From Hyphococcus sp. (GTDB lineage: Bacteria > Pseudomonadota > Alphaproteobacteria > Caulobacterales > Parvularculaceae): a stretch of 64,000 nucleotides of DNA. Positions 1 through 10,274 of the stretch are shown in pieces. How positions within the stretch are numbered: position 1 is the first letter of the stretch; the number at the start of each line of letters is the position of its first letter. The translations under genes and the position numbers were made by a program. The notes beneath the pieces are model-generated. The model was not told the DNA's origin. It made no database searches and saw only the letters and a program-made list of their open reading frames with translations. The stretch lies in contig JAJFFZ010000076.1 in assembly GCA_021776395.1 (NCBI GenBank), forward strand, positions 13,641-77,640, given 5' to 3'.

Positions 1-1430
1 ACTTCCAGGTTTTCTGCGCGGTTTTCGCTAGCGATAATTTTATCTATCGTTTCCTTACCGCGCACAGAGCCAATACGGCAGGGCGTGCATTTCCCGCAGG
101 ATTCAATCTCGCAAAACTCCATCGCAAACCGCGCCTGGCGCGCCATATCGACAGTATCGTTAAACACCACGACACCACCATGGCCGAGCATGGCGCCAGC
201 CTTTGCCAGCGCTTCATAATCCATTGCTACATCAAAATCACGGGTTGGAATATAGGCGCCGAGCGGTCCGCCCGCCTGAACCGCACGTATCGGTTTGCCG
301 GACCGCGCACCACCGCCAAAATCTTCGACCAGCTCACGCAGCGTAACCCCGAAAGCCTTTTCAACCAGACCGCCGCGCGCAATATCGCCCGCCAGCTGAA
401 ACGGTTGCGTACCGCGTGAGCGGCCAACGCCGAAATTTTTATAATGCGCCGCGCCTTTGGCTAAAATGAACGGTGTTGTCGCCAGTGTCAGCACATTGTT
501 GACTATTGTCGGCTTGCCAAACAACCCGCTAATCGCGGGGATCGGCGGTTTCACCTTCGCTTCGCCGCGCTTGCCCTCAAGGCTTTCCAGCATCGCGCTT
601 TCCTCGCCGCAGATATAAGCCCCGGCACCAACCCGGATATGAATATCGAAGCTTGTATCGGAGCCTTCAATATTCTCGCCAAGAAGGCCCGCCTTGCGCC
701 AGACATCAACCGCGCGCCGCATGGTTTTAATTGCATGCGGATATTCAGAGCGCAGATAAACGTATCCGGTTGAGGCGCCAACGGCGCGTGCGGCAATGGC
801 CATCCCTTCAAGCAGTGAAAATGGATCGCCTTCCATCAGCATACGGTCGGCGAACGTCCCGCTGTCGCCTTCGTCTGCATTGCAACAGATATACTTCTCG
901 CCGCCCGGTTGTTCGAGCGCGGTATTCCATTTAATCCCGGTTGGAAATCCGGCGCCGCCGCGACCGCGCAAGCCCGATGCCGTCACCACGCCAACAATTT
1001 CCGTCGGCGCCATAACCAGCGCTTTGCGCAACCCGACAAGACCGCCATGGGCTTCGAAATCAGCAAGGCTCAAAGGGTCGATCACGCCGCAACGCGCGAA
1101 GGTTACGCGCTCCTGCATGGCGAAATAGGCAATCTCTTCGGTTACCCCATGCGCCAGCGCATGATCGCCGCCGCTCAGGAAATCGCCGTCAAACAGCGAC
1201 GCAACATCGCCCTCGGCAACCGGGCCATAGGCGAGCCGCCCGTTCCCGGTTTCCACTTCAACCAAAGGCTCCAGCCACAACATCCCGCGCGAACCGTTGC
1301 GGATGATCTCAACATCAATCTTGCGCCTATCGGCTTCCCGGCGGATTGATGCTGCGACATCATCAGCGCCGACAGAAAGCGCGGCGGCGTCGCAAGGTAC
1401 GTAAACCCTGATCGATCCGCCAGCCATCAT
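1..1430 (-). CDS. fdsB: NAD-dependent formate dehydrogenase beta subunit (NuoF-like), 3' end beyond window
   Basis: Absent from the ORF track because it has no stop in the window. Manual translation from ATG at 1430 (ATGA overlap with the fdsG stop) gives SGLRGRGGAGFPTG, CNADEGDSGTFADR, GAGAYICGEE and ESCGKCTPCR (FMN, NADH and 4Fe-4S motifs). Confidence 0.92.
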   Translation of the reverse strand, partial: MMAGGSIRVYVPCDAAALSVGADDVAASIRREADRRKIDVEIIRNGSRGMLWLEPLVEVETGNGRLAYGPVAEGDVASLFDGDFLSGGDHALAHGVTEEIAYFAMQERVTFARCGVIDPLSLADFEAHGGLVGLRKALVMAPTEIVGVVTASGLRGRGGAGFPTGIKWNTALEQPGGEKYICCNADEGDSGTFADRMLMEGDPFSLLEGMAIAARAVGASTGYVYLRSEYPHAIKTMRRAVDVWRKAGLLGENIEGSDTSFDIHIRVGAGAYICGEESAMLESLEGKRGEAKVKPPIPAISGLFGKPTIVNNVLTLATTPFILAKGAAHYKNFGVGRSRGTQPFQLAGDIARGGLVEKAFGVTLRELVEDFGGGARSGKPIRAVQAGGPLGAYIPTRDFDVAMDYEALAKAGAMLGHGGVVVFNDTVDMARQARFAMEFCEIESCGKCTPCRIGSVRGKETIDKIIASENRAENLE

Positions 1431-1918
1431 TCGCGCTCCATCTTTTCAATGCGTTGTTCAATCAGCGCATCCAGGCGCTCTGGCGTCACCCGGCCAAAGA
1501 GTTCTCCGTCAATCATCCCTGACGGCCCAAGCGCGCAATTGCCAAGACAGTAAACCGCCTCCAGTTGAATTTCACCGTCTGCACTCTTGCCGCCGGACGG
1601 CGCGTTCCATTTCTTTTCTACATAGGCGGCCAGCGCTTCCGACCCAACCGCCTGACAGGCCTCGGCGCGGCATAATTTTATGGCGAGTTTGGCGGGCGCC
1701 TCACGCTTATAGTCATGGTAGAAACTAACCACACCATGAATTTCTGCGCGAGAAATATTAAGCGCGTCGGCGATAGTGCGAAGCGCATCGTCGCTGAGCC
1801 AGCCCTCGGCTGCTTGCGCCTCATGCAGGATTTCCAACAGCGCATCTGGACGGTTATCATGCCGCCCGCAGATTAAGCGGGCGGGCGCATGTTCAAGTTT
1901 ATCAATCAATGCCGCCAT
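1427..1918 (-). CDS. fdsG: Formate dehydrogenase gamma subunit (NuoE-like 2Fe-2S)
   Basis: ISRAEIHGVVSFYHD, CRAEACQA and CLGNCALGP motifs; directly upstream of fdsB. Confidence 0.92.
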   Translation of the reverse strand: MAALIDKLEHAPARLICGRHDNRPDALLEILHEAQAAEGWLSDDALRTIADALNISRAEIHGVVSFYHDYKREAPAKLAIKLCRAEACQAVGSEALAAYVEKKWNAPSGGKSADGEIQLEAVYCLGNCALGPSGMIDGELFGRVTPERLDALIEQRIEKMERE

Positions 1919-1971
1919 ATCTCGCTTCTTTTATCACATCGATCGGATCTGATGTCGTATCGCTCACGCTG

Positions 1972-2274
1972 TCAGTCTTTTCTTCGGCTTTCCATCGCCG
2001 CAAGCTGTTCAGGCGTCGCCGGCTTTTGATGCTGCGCCTTCCATTGCTCGTAAGGCATGCCATAGATGCGCTCGCGCGCTTCCTCACCGGGCATATTGAC
2101 GCCGTGCTCGTCTGCCGCCGCCGCATACCATTTCGAGAGGCAATTCCGGCAAAAGCCGGCCAAAATCATCAAATCGATATTCTGCACATCTTTGTTGGCG
2201 TCAAGATGCGCAATGAGGCGACGCATCACAGCTGCATCCAGCTTGTCGCGGTCCCTATCCGTCAAGCTAGCCAT
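1972..2274 (-). CDS. DUF1244 family protein
   Basis: DVQNIDLMILAGFCRNCLSKWY and ARERIYGMPYEQWKAQHQ signature; GGAGGAG RBS precedes the ATG at 2274. Confidence 0.85.
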   Translation of the reverse strand: MASLTDRDRDKLDAAVMRRLIAHLDANKDVQNIDLMILAGFCRNCLSKWYAAAADEHGVNMPGEEARERIYGMPYEQWKAQHQKPATPEQLAAMESRRKD

Positions 2275-2528
2275 GTGTTCGATCTCCTCCATTACGACCA
2301 GCGCCGGCGGTACAGTCGCCAGTAGACCTTATCTTCAAATCGGCCTCGCCCCAAGCCTTAGCGCCTAAATATCGCCGCTAAGGAATATGCAATGACGGAC
2401 CAGTTGGCCAGTTTTTTCTCGTCTAAGCTGGTGCGTTAAGCGACGCAGCAAAAAGAGCGCGGCAAAAAAGGGGACTATCGGGCGCCGCGCCAATGCGCTA
2501 TCTCACCGACCTAAAAAGGCGCTCAAAA

Positions 2529-3440
2529 ATGACCGAAGCCACCATCATCGACGGCAAAGCTATCGCCGCGCGCGTCACCGACAAAATCGCTGCGCAAAAC
2601 GAAGGCTATGTGCATGAGACCGGGACGTCGCCTTGCCTTGCCGTCGTCCTTGTCGGGGAGGATCCGGCGAGCGCGGTCTATGTCCGCAACAAAGGCAGGA
2701 CTGCGGAAAAGGTCGGCTTCAAATCCATTCAACACACGCTTCCCATCGATACGCCCGAGAGCGACATCATCACTCTCATCAACACTCTCAATGACGACCC
2801 AGCCGTCAACGGCATCCTCGTTCAATTACCGCTACCAGCGCACATTGATGCGACAAGAATTATTGAATTAATCGCGCCGGAAAAGGATGTAGACGGATTT
2901 CACCCGATCAATGTCGGCCGCCTCGGGGCCGGCGATTTTGACAAGGCGTTGATCCCGTGCACGCCAGCTGGTTCGGTCATTCTCGCTAAATCCGCGCTGG
3001 GCGACAATCTATCTGGCCTTCATACGGTTATCATTGGCCGCTCCAACATCGTCGGCAAACCGGCGGCACAACTTTTTCTTGCGGAAAATTGCACCGTCAC
3101 CATCGCGCATAGCCGAACCAGAGATATCGAAGATGTTGTGCGTCGCGCCGATATTGTCGTTGCCGCAGTCGGGCGGCCTAAAATGGTCAAAGGCGCGTGG
3201 ATCAAACCCGGCGCCACGGTCATTGATGTCGGCATCAACCGTATCGCGGCGCCGGAAAAGGGCGAAGGCAAAACCAGACTTGTCGGCGATGTTGATTTCG
3301 CCAGCGCCGTTTCGGTCGCCGGATATATCACGCCGGTGCCCGGCGGGGTCGGCCCGATGACGATTGCGCTGTTGATGGCGAACACGCTTGCCGCCGCATG
3401 CCGACAAAATGGTGTTCCGCATCTTATTAAGCCGCTATAA
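2529..3440 (+). CDS. folD: Bifunctional methylenetetrahydrofolate dehydrogenase/cyclohydrolase
   Basis: [40 protein letters not shown] and [12 protein letters not shown] motifs. Confidence 0.97.
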   Translation: MTEATIIDGKAIAARVTDKIAAQNEGYVHETGTSPCLAVVLVGEDPASAVYVRNKGRTAEKVGFKSIQHTLPIDTPESDIITLINTLNDDPAVNGILVQLPLPAHIDATRIIELIAPEKDVDGFHPINVGRLGAGDFDKALIPCTPAGSVILAKSALGDNLSGLHTVIIGRSNIVGKPAAQLFLAENCTVTIAHSRTRDIEDVVRRADIVVAAVGRPKMVKGAWIKPGATVIDVGINRIAAPEKGEGKTRLVGDVDFASAVSVAGYITPVPGGVGPMTIALLMANTLAAACRQNGVPHLIKPL

Positions 3441-3522
3441 TTTTCTCCGTGCATGCAGTTTGTGCATTATTCTCGTAGAACCGCACAAACGCTATCCATC
3501 AATAACGCTCCAGCCACAAGAT

Positions 3523-4032
3523 TCAACTTTTTGGCAAAAACAGGCGCGCATAGGCGCCGTCGTCAAACCGTATCTCTTCGAGATTATCTCCAGGTCCGGC
3601 GCGATCAACTACCAGAAAGTCTTGGCTGGGTTCAATAATCAACAACGGATGGTGCCATATGTTTTTCGCATACTGGACACCCTGATCGCCGCGCGCCCGG
3701 AACGCTTTTAAATTATCCGGCGCCGGCGTCTCCGCCGCACTTACAACAATAAGCCATCGGTTGTTGGCCAAAGGAAAGAAAGCCTGGCTTCCCAATGGGT
3801 GGCGCTCCATCATCGCAATCTTTATCGGCCTCGGGCGCGCGGTTGCGCGAAAAATCGAAAGGACGCCCACACCTTGCCGGTCAGCGACATCAAGCTTCGC
3901 CAAAGCGTGAAAACGCTCCGTGGTTCCCTCGTTGATAAGGATGCGCTCCGCATCATTAACTTCAAGAACATCGCCGAAGCCGGAAAAATTGTCTCTCGTC
4001 AACGGCACAGGCGACAGATCTATAATACTCAT
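3523..4032 (-). CDS. allA: Ureidoglycolate lyase
   Basis: INEGTTERFH, MMERHPLGSQAFFP, WHHPL and FLVVDR motifs; downstream of allantoicase. Confidence 0.93.
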   Translation of the reverse strand: MSIIDLSPVPLTRDNFSGFGDVLEVNDAERILINEGTTERFHALAKLDVADRQGVGVLSIFRATARPRPIKIAMMERHPLGSQAFFPLANNRWLIVVSAAETPAPDNLKAFRARGDQGVQYAKNIWHHPLLIIEPSQDFLVVDRAGPGDNLEEIRFDDGAYARLFLPKS

Positions 4033-5036
4033 TGCTGGCGCCGCCCAAAAATACGAAAACGGCTGACGCCGCCGTCGGGATAGATATTGAGCCTGACATG
4101 GGTGACCGGTTTGGGCGAAGAAATATCGGCGCCGCTAAATTCGTGCACCGCGTCCGCCTGAAGCTTGCGCCGCTGTAAAATCTCAACCCATGGCGCCGAC
4201 CCGTCAGCCAGCGCCGCATCGCTCTCGCCTGAAAAATCTATTCCATCTACCGAAGCGTCATCGGGGAAGTTGCCTTTGAAATGCGCGGTGTCGATTTCAA
4301 TCGCCTCCACCGCGCCGCGCGCCGCCAGGGCGATAATGATCCAGTCATTTCCGGGCTCGCGCCGGCGGCGGGTTTCCCAGCCGTCGCCCATGGTCTTGCC
4401 GCGTCCCTCCGACAGCAACGCCCAAAGGTCTCCATAGTGAGCATCGTTATAGGCGATGATGCGGCCGCCATTTTTCAACGCCGAAAGCTCAACCAATGCG
4501 TCGCCGCCAGCATCGTCCCATGACGGCGCAACCTCGCCATAAAGCCGCATCCGCGCGACGCCGCCATCGGGCAGAATGTTCAACCGCACAGCGCCCCAAA
4601 CGCCGTCGTCATTGATTGTAAAAAACTGGCGCGTGTCGCCCTCTATCGCGATCCTTGGCAATATTGTTTTCCACACTGACGGATCGCCAATATCTGCATT
4701 CGGTGCGCAAGCCTCAAGAGAGACGCCGGGCGGGTAGTTTCCCGTAAAGTGACTGGTATCGATCTCCACGCCATGAATGACGCCGCTGGCGCCAAGCTCG
4801 ACAATGCACCAATCATGGCCTTCGTCACGCTTACGGCGGCTTTCCCATCCGTCCATCCACTTGCCGTGGTCGTCATATTTATCAGCAATAAACACCGGCG
4901 GCGCGTCGGAAATTAACCGCTCCTTGGCGCCAAAAAACTCATCCGATGCGCTCGCCACATGGCTGCCAAAACGCGGTGAGGCAAGATTTGGAAAGCGGCG
5001 TGCGAAATCAGGTTCATCTATCTTTTTATCAGCCAT
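4029..5036 (-). CDS. alc: Allantoicase
   Basis: Duplicated domain: DGWESRRKR/DGWETRRRR, DTSHFTGNYP/DTAHFKGNFP, PDGGVAR/PDGGVSR. Confidence 0.95.
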   Translation of the reverse strand: MADKKIDEPDFARRFPNLASPRFGSHVASASDEFFGAKERLISDAPPVFIADKYDDHGKWMDGWESRRKRDEGHDWCIVELGASGVIHGVEIDTSHFTGNYPPGVSLEACAPNADIGDPSVWKTILPRIAIEGDTRQFFTINDDGVWGAVRLNILPDGGVARMRLYGEVAPSWDDAGGDALVELSALKNGGRIIAYNDAHYGDLWALLSEGRGKTMGDGWETRRRREPGNDWIIIALAARGAVEAIEIDTAHFKGNFPDDASVDGIDFSGESDAALADGSAPWVEILQRRKLQADAVHEFSGADISSPKPVTHVRLNIYPDGGVSRFRIFGRRQQ

Positions 5037-5045
5037 CTCTGTTGC

Positions 5046-5546
5046 CTATTCTTCCTCCAGTTTTTCCAACCGGATGCGGGCGATTTTGTGCACCTCCGCC
5101 AACGCCGCTGCGAACTCCTGCTCGGATGAATTTCCCAATCGTGTTTCAAAATTTTCCAGAATTTGCGTGCGGGTTGTACCGGAGACGGCAAGAATAAAAG
5201 GAAATCCGAATTTGCCGGTATATGCCTTATTGAGAGTTTGAAATTTCTCCAGCTCTTCGTGGCTGCACTGGTCTAGACCGGCGGATTTTTGCTCGTCAGT
5301 AGATGCCTGAGTCAATTCCCCCCGCACTGCGAGGCGACCGGCAAGATCCGGATGCGCGCGCAGCAGCGCCAGTTGGCGTTCATGCGCGGCGCCATCCACA
5401 ACCACCGCCATCGCTTGCGCCAACTGGTTGATGTCGTCGGGGGCATTGCCCTTGTCGAAAATCGCCTCCGCAACCCAGGGGGAATGTTCATAAATGCCGC
5501 CAAAACGCGTGATGAATGCATCGCGCATGGCGTGGCTACTATCCAT
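5046..5546 (-). CDS. uraD: OHCU decarboxylase
   Basis: FGGIYEHSPWVA, AHPDLAG, STDEQKSAGL and KFGFPFILAV; the likely ATG at 5546 overlaps the end of puuE. Confidence 0.93.
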   Translation of the reverse strand: MDSSHAMRDAFITRFGGIYEHSPWVAEAIFDKGNAPDDINQLAQAMAVVVDGAAHERQLALLRAHPDLAGRLAVRGELTQASTDEQKSAGLDQCSHEELEKFQTLNKAYTGKFGFPFILAVSGTTRTQILENFETRLGNSSEQEFAAALAEVHKIARIRLEKLEEE

Positions 5547-6468
5547 CAGCGCCCCTCTCTGCGGTTTTGTTAAATGGATGGCGCGCACGCCAGTGCCGGG
5601 CGATATCAACCCGGCGACACACCCAGGCATCATCAAATGACGAAACATAATCAACAAACGCTTCTAGCGCTTTGAACCGCGCCGGGCGCCCGATCAACCG
5701 GCAATGAAGGCCAACCGACAACATTTTCGGCGCCTCGGCGCCTTCGCGATACAGCACATCGAACGCATCTTTTAAGTAGGTTTCAAAATCCGTGCCGGTG
5801 TTAAACCCTTGTTGCGTCGCAAAGCGCATATCATTGGTATCAAGACTATAGGGGACAACCAGATGAGGCGACCGGGTTTGCGCGCTCCAGAATGGCAAAT
5901 CATCGGAATAATCGTCAGCGTCATATAAAAATCCGCCATGCTCGGCAACCAGCCGCCGCGTATTCTCGCTTGTCCTGCCGGTGTACCAGCCAAGCGGCGG
6001 GCTCCCGCAAATTTTCGTTAAAATTTCGACCGCCTCTTGCAGATGCGCGCGCTCCGTCTCTTCGGGCATATCTTTATAATCAATCCACCGCAGCCCATGG
6101 CTGGCAATCTCATGGCCGTCGGCCAATGCTCGCTCAATCACGGCCGGATTTTTTTGCGCCGCCAGGGCGACCGCGAACAGCGTAATCGGCAGGTCTCGTG
6201 ATTTAAATAAATCCAGCACCCGCCACACGCCCGCACGAGACCCATACTCATAGATTGATTCCATCGACATGTGCCGCGCGCCCTCAAACGGCGCGGCGCC
6301 AATAATCTCAGACAAAAACTCTTCCGACTGGCTATCACCATTGAGCACGCAGCGCTCTGCGCCTTCCTCATAGTTGAGCACAAACTGAACCGCGATGCGC
6401 GCGCCGCCCGGCCAGCCCGCATGCGGCGGCTTGCCTCCATACCCAATAAGATCACGCAATTCAGACAT
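5539..6468 (-). CDS. puuE: Allantoinase PuuE (polysaccharide deacetylase fold)
   Basis: RDLIGYG, FVLNYEEGAE, ESIYEYGSRAG, HGLRW, GWYTGR, DTNDMRF and GLHCRLIGRP; purine cluster context. Confidence 0.95.
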   Translation of the reverse strand: MSELRDLIGYGGKPPHAGWPGGARIAVQFVLNYEEGAERCVLNGDSQSEEFLSEIIGAAPFEGARHMSMESIYEYGSRAGVWRVLDLFKSRDLPITLFAVALAAQKNPAVIERALADGHEIASHGLRWIDYKDMPEETERAHLQEAVEILTKICGSPPLGWYTGRTSENTRRLVAEHGGFLYDADDYSDDLPFWSAQTRSPHLVVPYSLDTNDMRFATQQGFNTGTDFETYLKDAFDVLYREGAEAPKMLSVGLHCRLIGRPARFKALEAFVDYVSSFDDAWVCRRVDIARHWRARHPFNKTAERGADG

Positions 6469-6592
6469 CTCGCACCGAAGAAGATTTAGTTGAACACAGC
6501 CCAAACATGAGCATACTCAATTTCCCTGCGCTCATCATAGGGTTTTTTTGATTGTGCGCCGGGAAAATCCGATCAGCCTTGCGGAGTTAACC

Positions 6593-7807
6593 TTGGACCT
6601 TCATATTACCGACTGGCTGAGCCTGGGCCTGCGCTGGGCCCATATTGTCGCCGGCATCGGATGGATCGGCGCATCGTTTTATTTCATGGCGCTTGATTTT
6701 AGCCTGCGCCATCGCACCGGCCTGCCGGACGGCGTCAAAGGTGAAAGCTGGCTGGTGCATGGCGGCGGGTTTTATCATGTTCAAAAATACATGGTCGCGC
6801 CGGAAGCGATGCCGAAAGACCTGAAATGGTTTCAATGGGAATCCTACGCAACCTGGCTGACGGGGTTCGCGCTCATGTCGGTGATCTATTACTGGCAGGC
6901 GGACATCTACCTCATCGACCGGTCAGTCCTTGCGCTGTCAAAGCTACAGGCAGTGGGGATTTCCGTCGCTGTGCTGGCGGCAAGTTGGCTCGGCTATGAC
7001 GCTCTGTGCAAGTCTCCGTTAAAAAATAACCAAGCCGCGATGTTTGCGGTGTTGTTCGTTTTCATTGTCGCGGCCGCCTTTGGCCTGGGCGAGGTGTTTT
7101 CCGCCCGCGCAGTCTTTCTCCATATTGGCGCGATGATCGGAACGATCATGACCGGGAATGTTTTCTTCGTTATCATTCCCAACCAGAAAATCGTTGTCGC
7201 AGAATTAAAAGCCGGCAGAACCCCCGACCCGGAATTTGGCAAGATCGCAAAATTGCGTTCGACCCATAACAACTATCTGACGCTGCCCGTTTTGTTCATG
7301 ATGATTTCAAACCATTATCCGATGACTTTCGGACATCCGATGAACTGGGTTGTGGTAGCGCTAATCTTGCCGATTGGCGCCATCGTGCGGCATTATTTCA
7401 ACGCCCATGACAGCGGCAAGCATGGCCGCGCGCTGAGCTGGCAATGGCCCGCGGCCTCTGTTCTGCTTCTTATACTGATGGTTTTTATCGCCTGGCGGCC
7501 GAGCGTAACACCTGCGGACGCGCCGGCCGGAGAGACTGCGGATATAGAACCTTCGGCGCTAACCCAGCAAGCTTTCGCTATTGTCAAAACCCGCTGCACG
7601 GTTTGCCATTCGGCTAATCCGACGGATTTTGTCGCCACGGCGCCCGGCGGCGTTGAATATGATACGCTCGATCTTATCCGCCAATACGCCCCGCAAATTC
7701 GCGCGCAGGCGGTTTTAAGCCGCGCAATGCCGCCGGGGAATTTAACCGAAATGACCGATGATGAACGCGCTTTGCTGGATGCGTGGATTGCCAGCGAGGA
7801 GCCATGA
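6593..7807 (+). CDS. puuD: Membrane cytochrome c urate hydroxylase PuuD
   Basis: RWAHIVAGIGWIGASFYF, VHGGGFY and RSTHNNYLTLPV, about 8 TM segments, C-terminal CTVCH heme site; GGAG RBS before TTG at 6593. Confidence 0.93.
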   Translation: MDLHITDWLSLGLRWAHIVAGIGWIGASFYFMALDFSLRHRTGLPDGVKGESWLVHGGGFYHVQKYMVAPEAMPKDLKWFQWESYATWLTGFALMSVIYYWQADIYLIDRSVLALSKLQAVGISVAVLAASWLGYDALCKSPLKNNQAAMFAVLFVFIVAAAFGLGEVFSARAVFLHIGAMIGTIMTGNVFFVIIPNQKIVVAELKAGRTPDPEFGKIAKLRSTHNNYLTLPVLFMMISNHYPMTFGHPMNWVVVALILPIGAIVRHYFNAHDSGKHGRALSWQWPAASVLLLILMVFIAWRPSVTPADAPAGETADIEPSALTQQAFAIVKTRCTVCHSANPTDFVATAPGGVEYDTLDLIRQYAPQIRAQAVLSRAMPPGNLTEMTDDERALLDAWIASEEP

Positions 7808-7823
7808 ACGCCCGGCAATGCGT

Positions 7824-9152
7824 TTAGGTTGAGGCCTGTGCGCGTTGATAAACCATATTACCAGCGACATAAGTCGCCTTGACCACTCTTTCATCCGCCA
7901 TGATGATTTGCGCGAAGAGAACATCATAAAAATCTTCCGCCCGAGCGACGCGGCGCGCAATCAGCGGGTTTGATTTTAAATCCAGCACCACTAGATCGGC
8001 GTCCATGCCGGGTGCAAGGTTTCCAAGGCGATCATCAAGCCGCATCGCCTTGGCGCCAGCGCAAGTCGCCATCCAGAACGCTTCAGCCGGATGCAAAACA
8101 ACACCGTAGTAGCGCGCGGCCTCATAGGCGGCGCGCATGGTTGCAAACATCGAAAAGGAAACGCCCGCGCCAACATCGCTCGCAAGCGAAACCAATATCT
8201 CCGGCGCCGCGCGGCGCGTTGCATCAAGGTCAAATACGCCCGAACCCATAAATGCATTCGACGTCGGACAATGCGCAATCGCCGCGCCGCTCTCGGCTAT
8301 GGCGCGCCGCTCATCGTCAGAAAGATGGATGCCGTGCCCAAAGATCGCCCCTTCGCCGGCGAGGCCAAAAGATTCATAAACCTGATAATAGCTGTCATAG
8401 GTTGGATGCTGTTCCAACACGCGCGCAATCTCATCTTTGGTTTCCGAAAGGTGGGTTTGCATCAGCGCCGTCGGATGTTCTCGCCACAAACTCCCAAGCG
8501 CTTCCAATTGCGCCGCAGACGAGGTTAATGCAAAGCGAGGCGTGATTGCATATCGGTTGCGGCCCTCGCTATGCCAGCGTTCAATCAACGCTTTCGACTG
8601 GTCATAGGCTGATTGCGCGGTGTCCGCGAGGCCTTGCGCGCTATTGCTATCCATACAGACCTTGCCGGCCGCCATGCAGGCGTTTCTGCGCGTCGCTGCC
8701 TCAAAGAAACTCTCCACAGACTGTGGATGCACCGTGCAATAAACGCTCGCCGTCGTGACGCCGTTTAAAAAACACTGGTCGAGGAAAAATTCCGCAGCGT
8801 TTTCTGCAACTTCCTTGTCGCCAAACTTACTTTCACACGGAAATGTGTGCTTTTGCAGCCAATCAACCAGGCCTTGGCTGCTGGAGCCAATGATATCGAC
8901 TTGCGGGTAATGCGTATGCACATCAATAAAACCGGCCATGATGAGCGCATCGCCATAATTGGTAACTGGCGCACCGGCATTTTGTTTTATGATTTCTGTG
9001 GCGGGGCCAACCGCGATAATGCACCCGCCTTCCACCACCACGGCGCCGTCCGGGCGAAAATCGACCGCGTCCTCAGCGCCGACTTCAAATGGATTGCCAG
9101 AAAATGCAAGCGTTTGGCCACGCAAAATGAACCGGCCTTCGTCTTCCTTCAT
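7824..9152 (-). CDS. guaD: Guanine deaminase
   Basis: GFIDVHTHYPQ, YAITPRFA, QTHLSE, HCPTSN and SDVGAG amidohydrolase motifs. Confidence 0.95.
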   Translation of the reverse strand: MKEDEGRFILRGQTLAFSGNPFEVGAEDAVDFRPDGAVVVEGGCIIAVGPATEIIKQNAGAPVTNYGDALIMAGFIDVHTHYPQVDIIGSSSQGLVDWLQKHTFPCESKFGDKEVAENAAEFFLDQCFLNGVTTASVYCTVHPQSVESFFEAATRRNACMAAGKVCMDSNSAQGLADTAQSAYDQSKALIERWHSEGRNRYAITPRFALTSSAAQLEALGSLWREHPTALMQTHLSETKDEIARVLEQHPTYDSYYQVYESFGLAGEGAIFGHGIHLSDDERRAIAESGAAIAHCPTSNAFMGSGVFDLDATRRAAPEILVSLASDVGAGVSFSMFATMRAAYEAARYYGVVLHPAEAFWMATCAGAKAMRLDDRLGNLAPGMDADLVVLDLKSNPLIARRVARAEDFYDVLFAQIIMADERVVKATYVAGNMVYQRAQAST

Positions 9153-9264
9153 GGGTCAACTCTGCGTTCTTCGGGATACGACCATCAATGCAGATGGCAA
9201 CGCCCCGGCTATCGTCAAATTCTCCCCGCGGCTATAGCGGCTAATCACACAACTATCCATCGAA

Positions 9265-10272
9265 TTAATGTGGCGGCGCCTCGCTCAGTTGCAAAATCTC
9301 CGCTGCGAGCGATATCGCGATGACGCCCGGCTCTTTGCTGCTAGGCCCGCCAGCGCCAATCGGACAGGTGAGCCGGCAAAGCATCGCCTCGCTCACGCCT
9401 AATGCGCCAAGCCGCTTCAGGAAACGCGCGCGCTTAGTCATCGAGCCGATCAGGCCGAGATATCGAAACCGCCCGCGCTTCAGAACCGCATGGCAAATCT
9501 CAAGATCCAGCGCATGGGAATAACTCATCACCACATGAAACGCATCGTCCGGCGCCAGGCCAACCGCATCATTTGGCGAGGCTATGACCAGGCGCTTCAC
9601 ATGCGCGGGGAGGCAATCCGGAAAGCGCTCAGCGTCGGTGTCAATCCAGACGATCTCAACCGCCAGCCCCTCAAACACGCGCACTACCTCGCGGCCCACA
9701 TGACCGGCGCCGTAGAGATAGATTGGCAGTCGTTTTTTGCTGAGCGGTTCCAAAAACCAGTTCTCATCTTGCCCCGCGCCATTCGCAAATTTACATCGGC
9801 CATCTGAGTGCGCCGTGAGCATTTGGAATTGTTCGCGCACAAAACCCGGCGCAGCGCTAAGACCGGCTACATCAACGACATGAACAGGCGTCGAACCAGA
9901 CACTAACGGCCTTACAAAATAGCCCTTTTTCACATCTGCAAAACTGGAAACAATATCGATTTCGTCGGCCCCATAGCGCTCAAACAACAGCCACACCTGG
10001 CCGCCACAACATTGACCAAGGCGCGGGCCAAGCGGATAGGTTTTTGTATCGCGCAACCACGTGGCGTCAGTCTCAACCAACTGCCGGGCATGAGCGATTG
10101 CATCATATTCGAGCGCACCGCCGCCAACCGTTCCCGTCACCGCTTGCCCCGACACTATCATCGCCGCGCCAACCCCACGCGGCGTTGAGCCCTCAACGGC
10201 GATCACCGTGACACGAACAACCGGTCCGTTTCGCCGGAAGTGTTCGCAAAGCTCTGCGAGGGATATCTGCAA
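9265..10272 (-). CDS. xdhC: Xanthine dehydrogenase accessory protein
   Basis: GSTPR, GTVGGGALE, LGQCCGG, YGAGHVG, HALD and GLIGSMTKR; follows xdhB. Confidence 0.93.
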   Translation of the reverse strand: MQISLAELCEHFRRNGPVVRVTVIAVEGSTPRGVGAAMIVSGQAVTGTVGGGALEYDAIAHARQLVETDATWLRDTKTYPLGPRLGQCCGGQVWLLFERYGADEIDIVSSFADVKKGYFVRPLVSGSTPVHVVDVAGLSAAPGFVREQFQMLTAHSDGRCKFANGAGQDENWFLEPLSKKRLPIYLYGAGHVGREVVRVFEGLAVEIVWIDTDAERFPDCLPAHVKRLVIASPNDAVGLAPDDAFHVVMSYSHALDLEICHAVLKRGRFRYLGLIGSMTKRARFLKRLGALGVSEAMLCRLTCPIGAGGPSSKEPGVIAISLAAEILQLSEAPPH

Positions 10273-10274
10273 CG

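Noticed and set aside
180-1363. Several short ORFs suggesting a fragmented or pseudogenised region
   Set aside because: They are shadows of one uninterrupted minus-strand fdsB frame that has no stop inside the window.
2293-2528. Possible ZTP or THF riboswitch upstream of folD; 8-bp inverted repeat CCTTAGCG/CGCTAAGG at 2356-2383
   Set aside because: No recognisable riboswitch consensus by eye, and the short repeat alone is not diagnostic.
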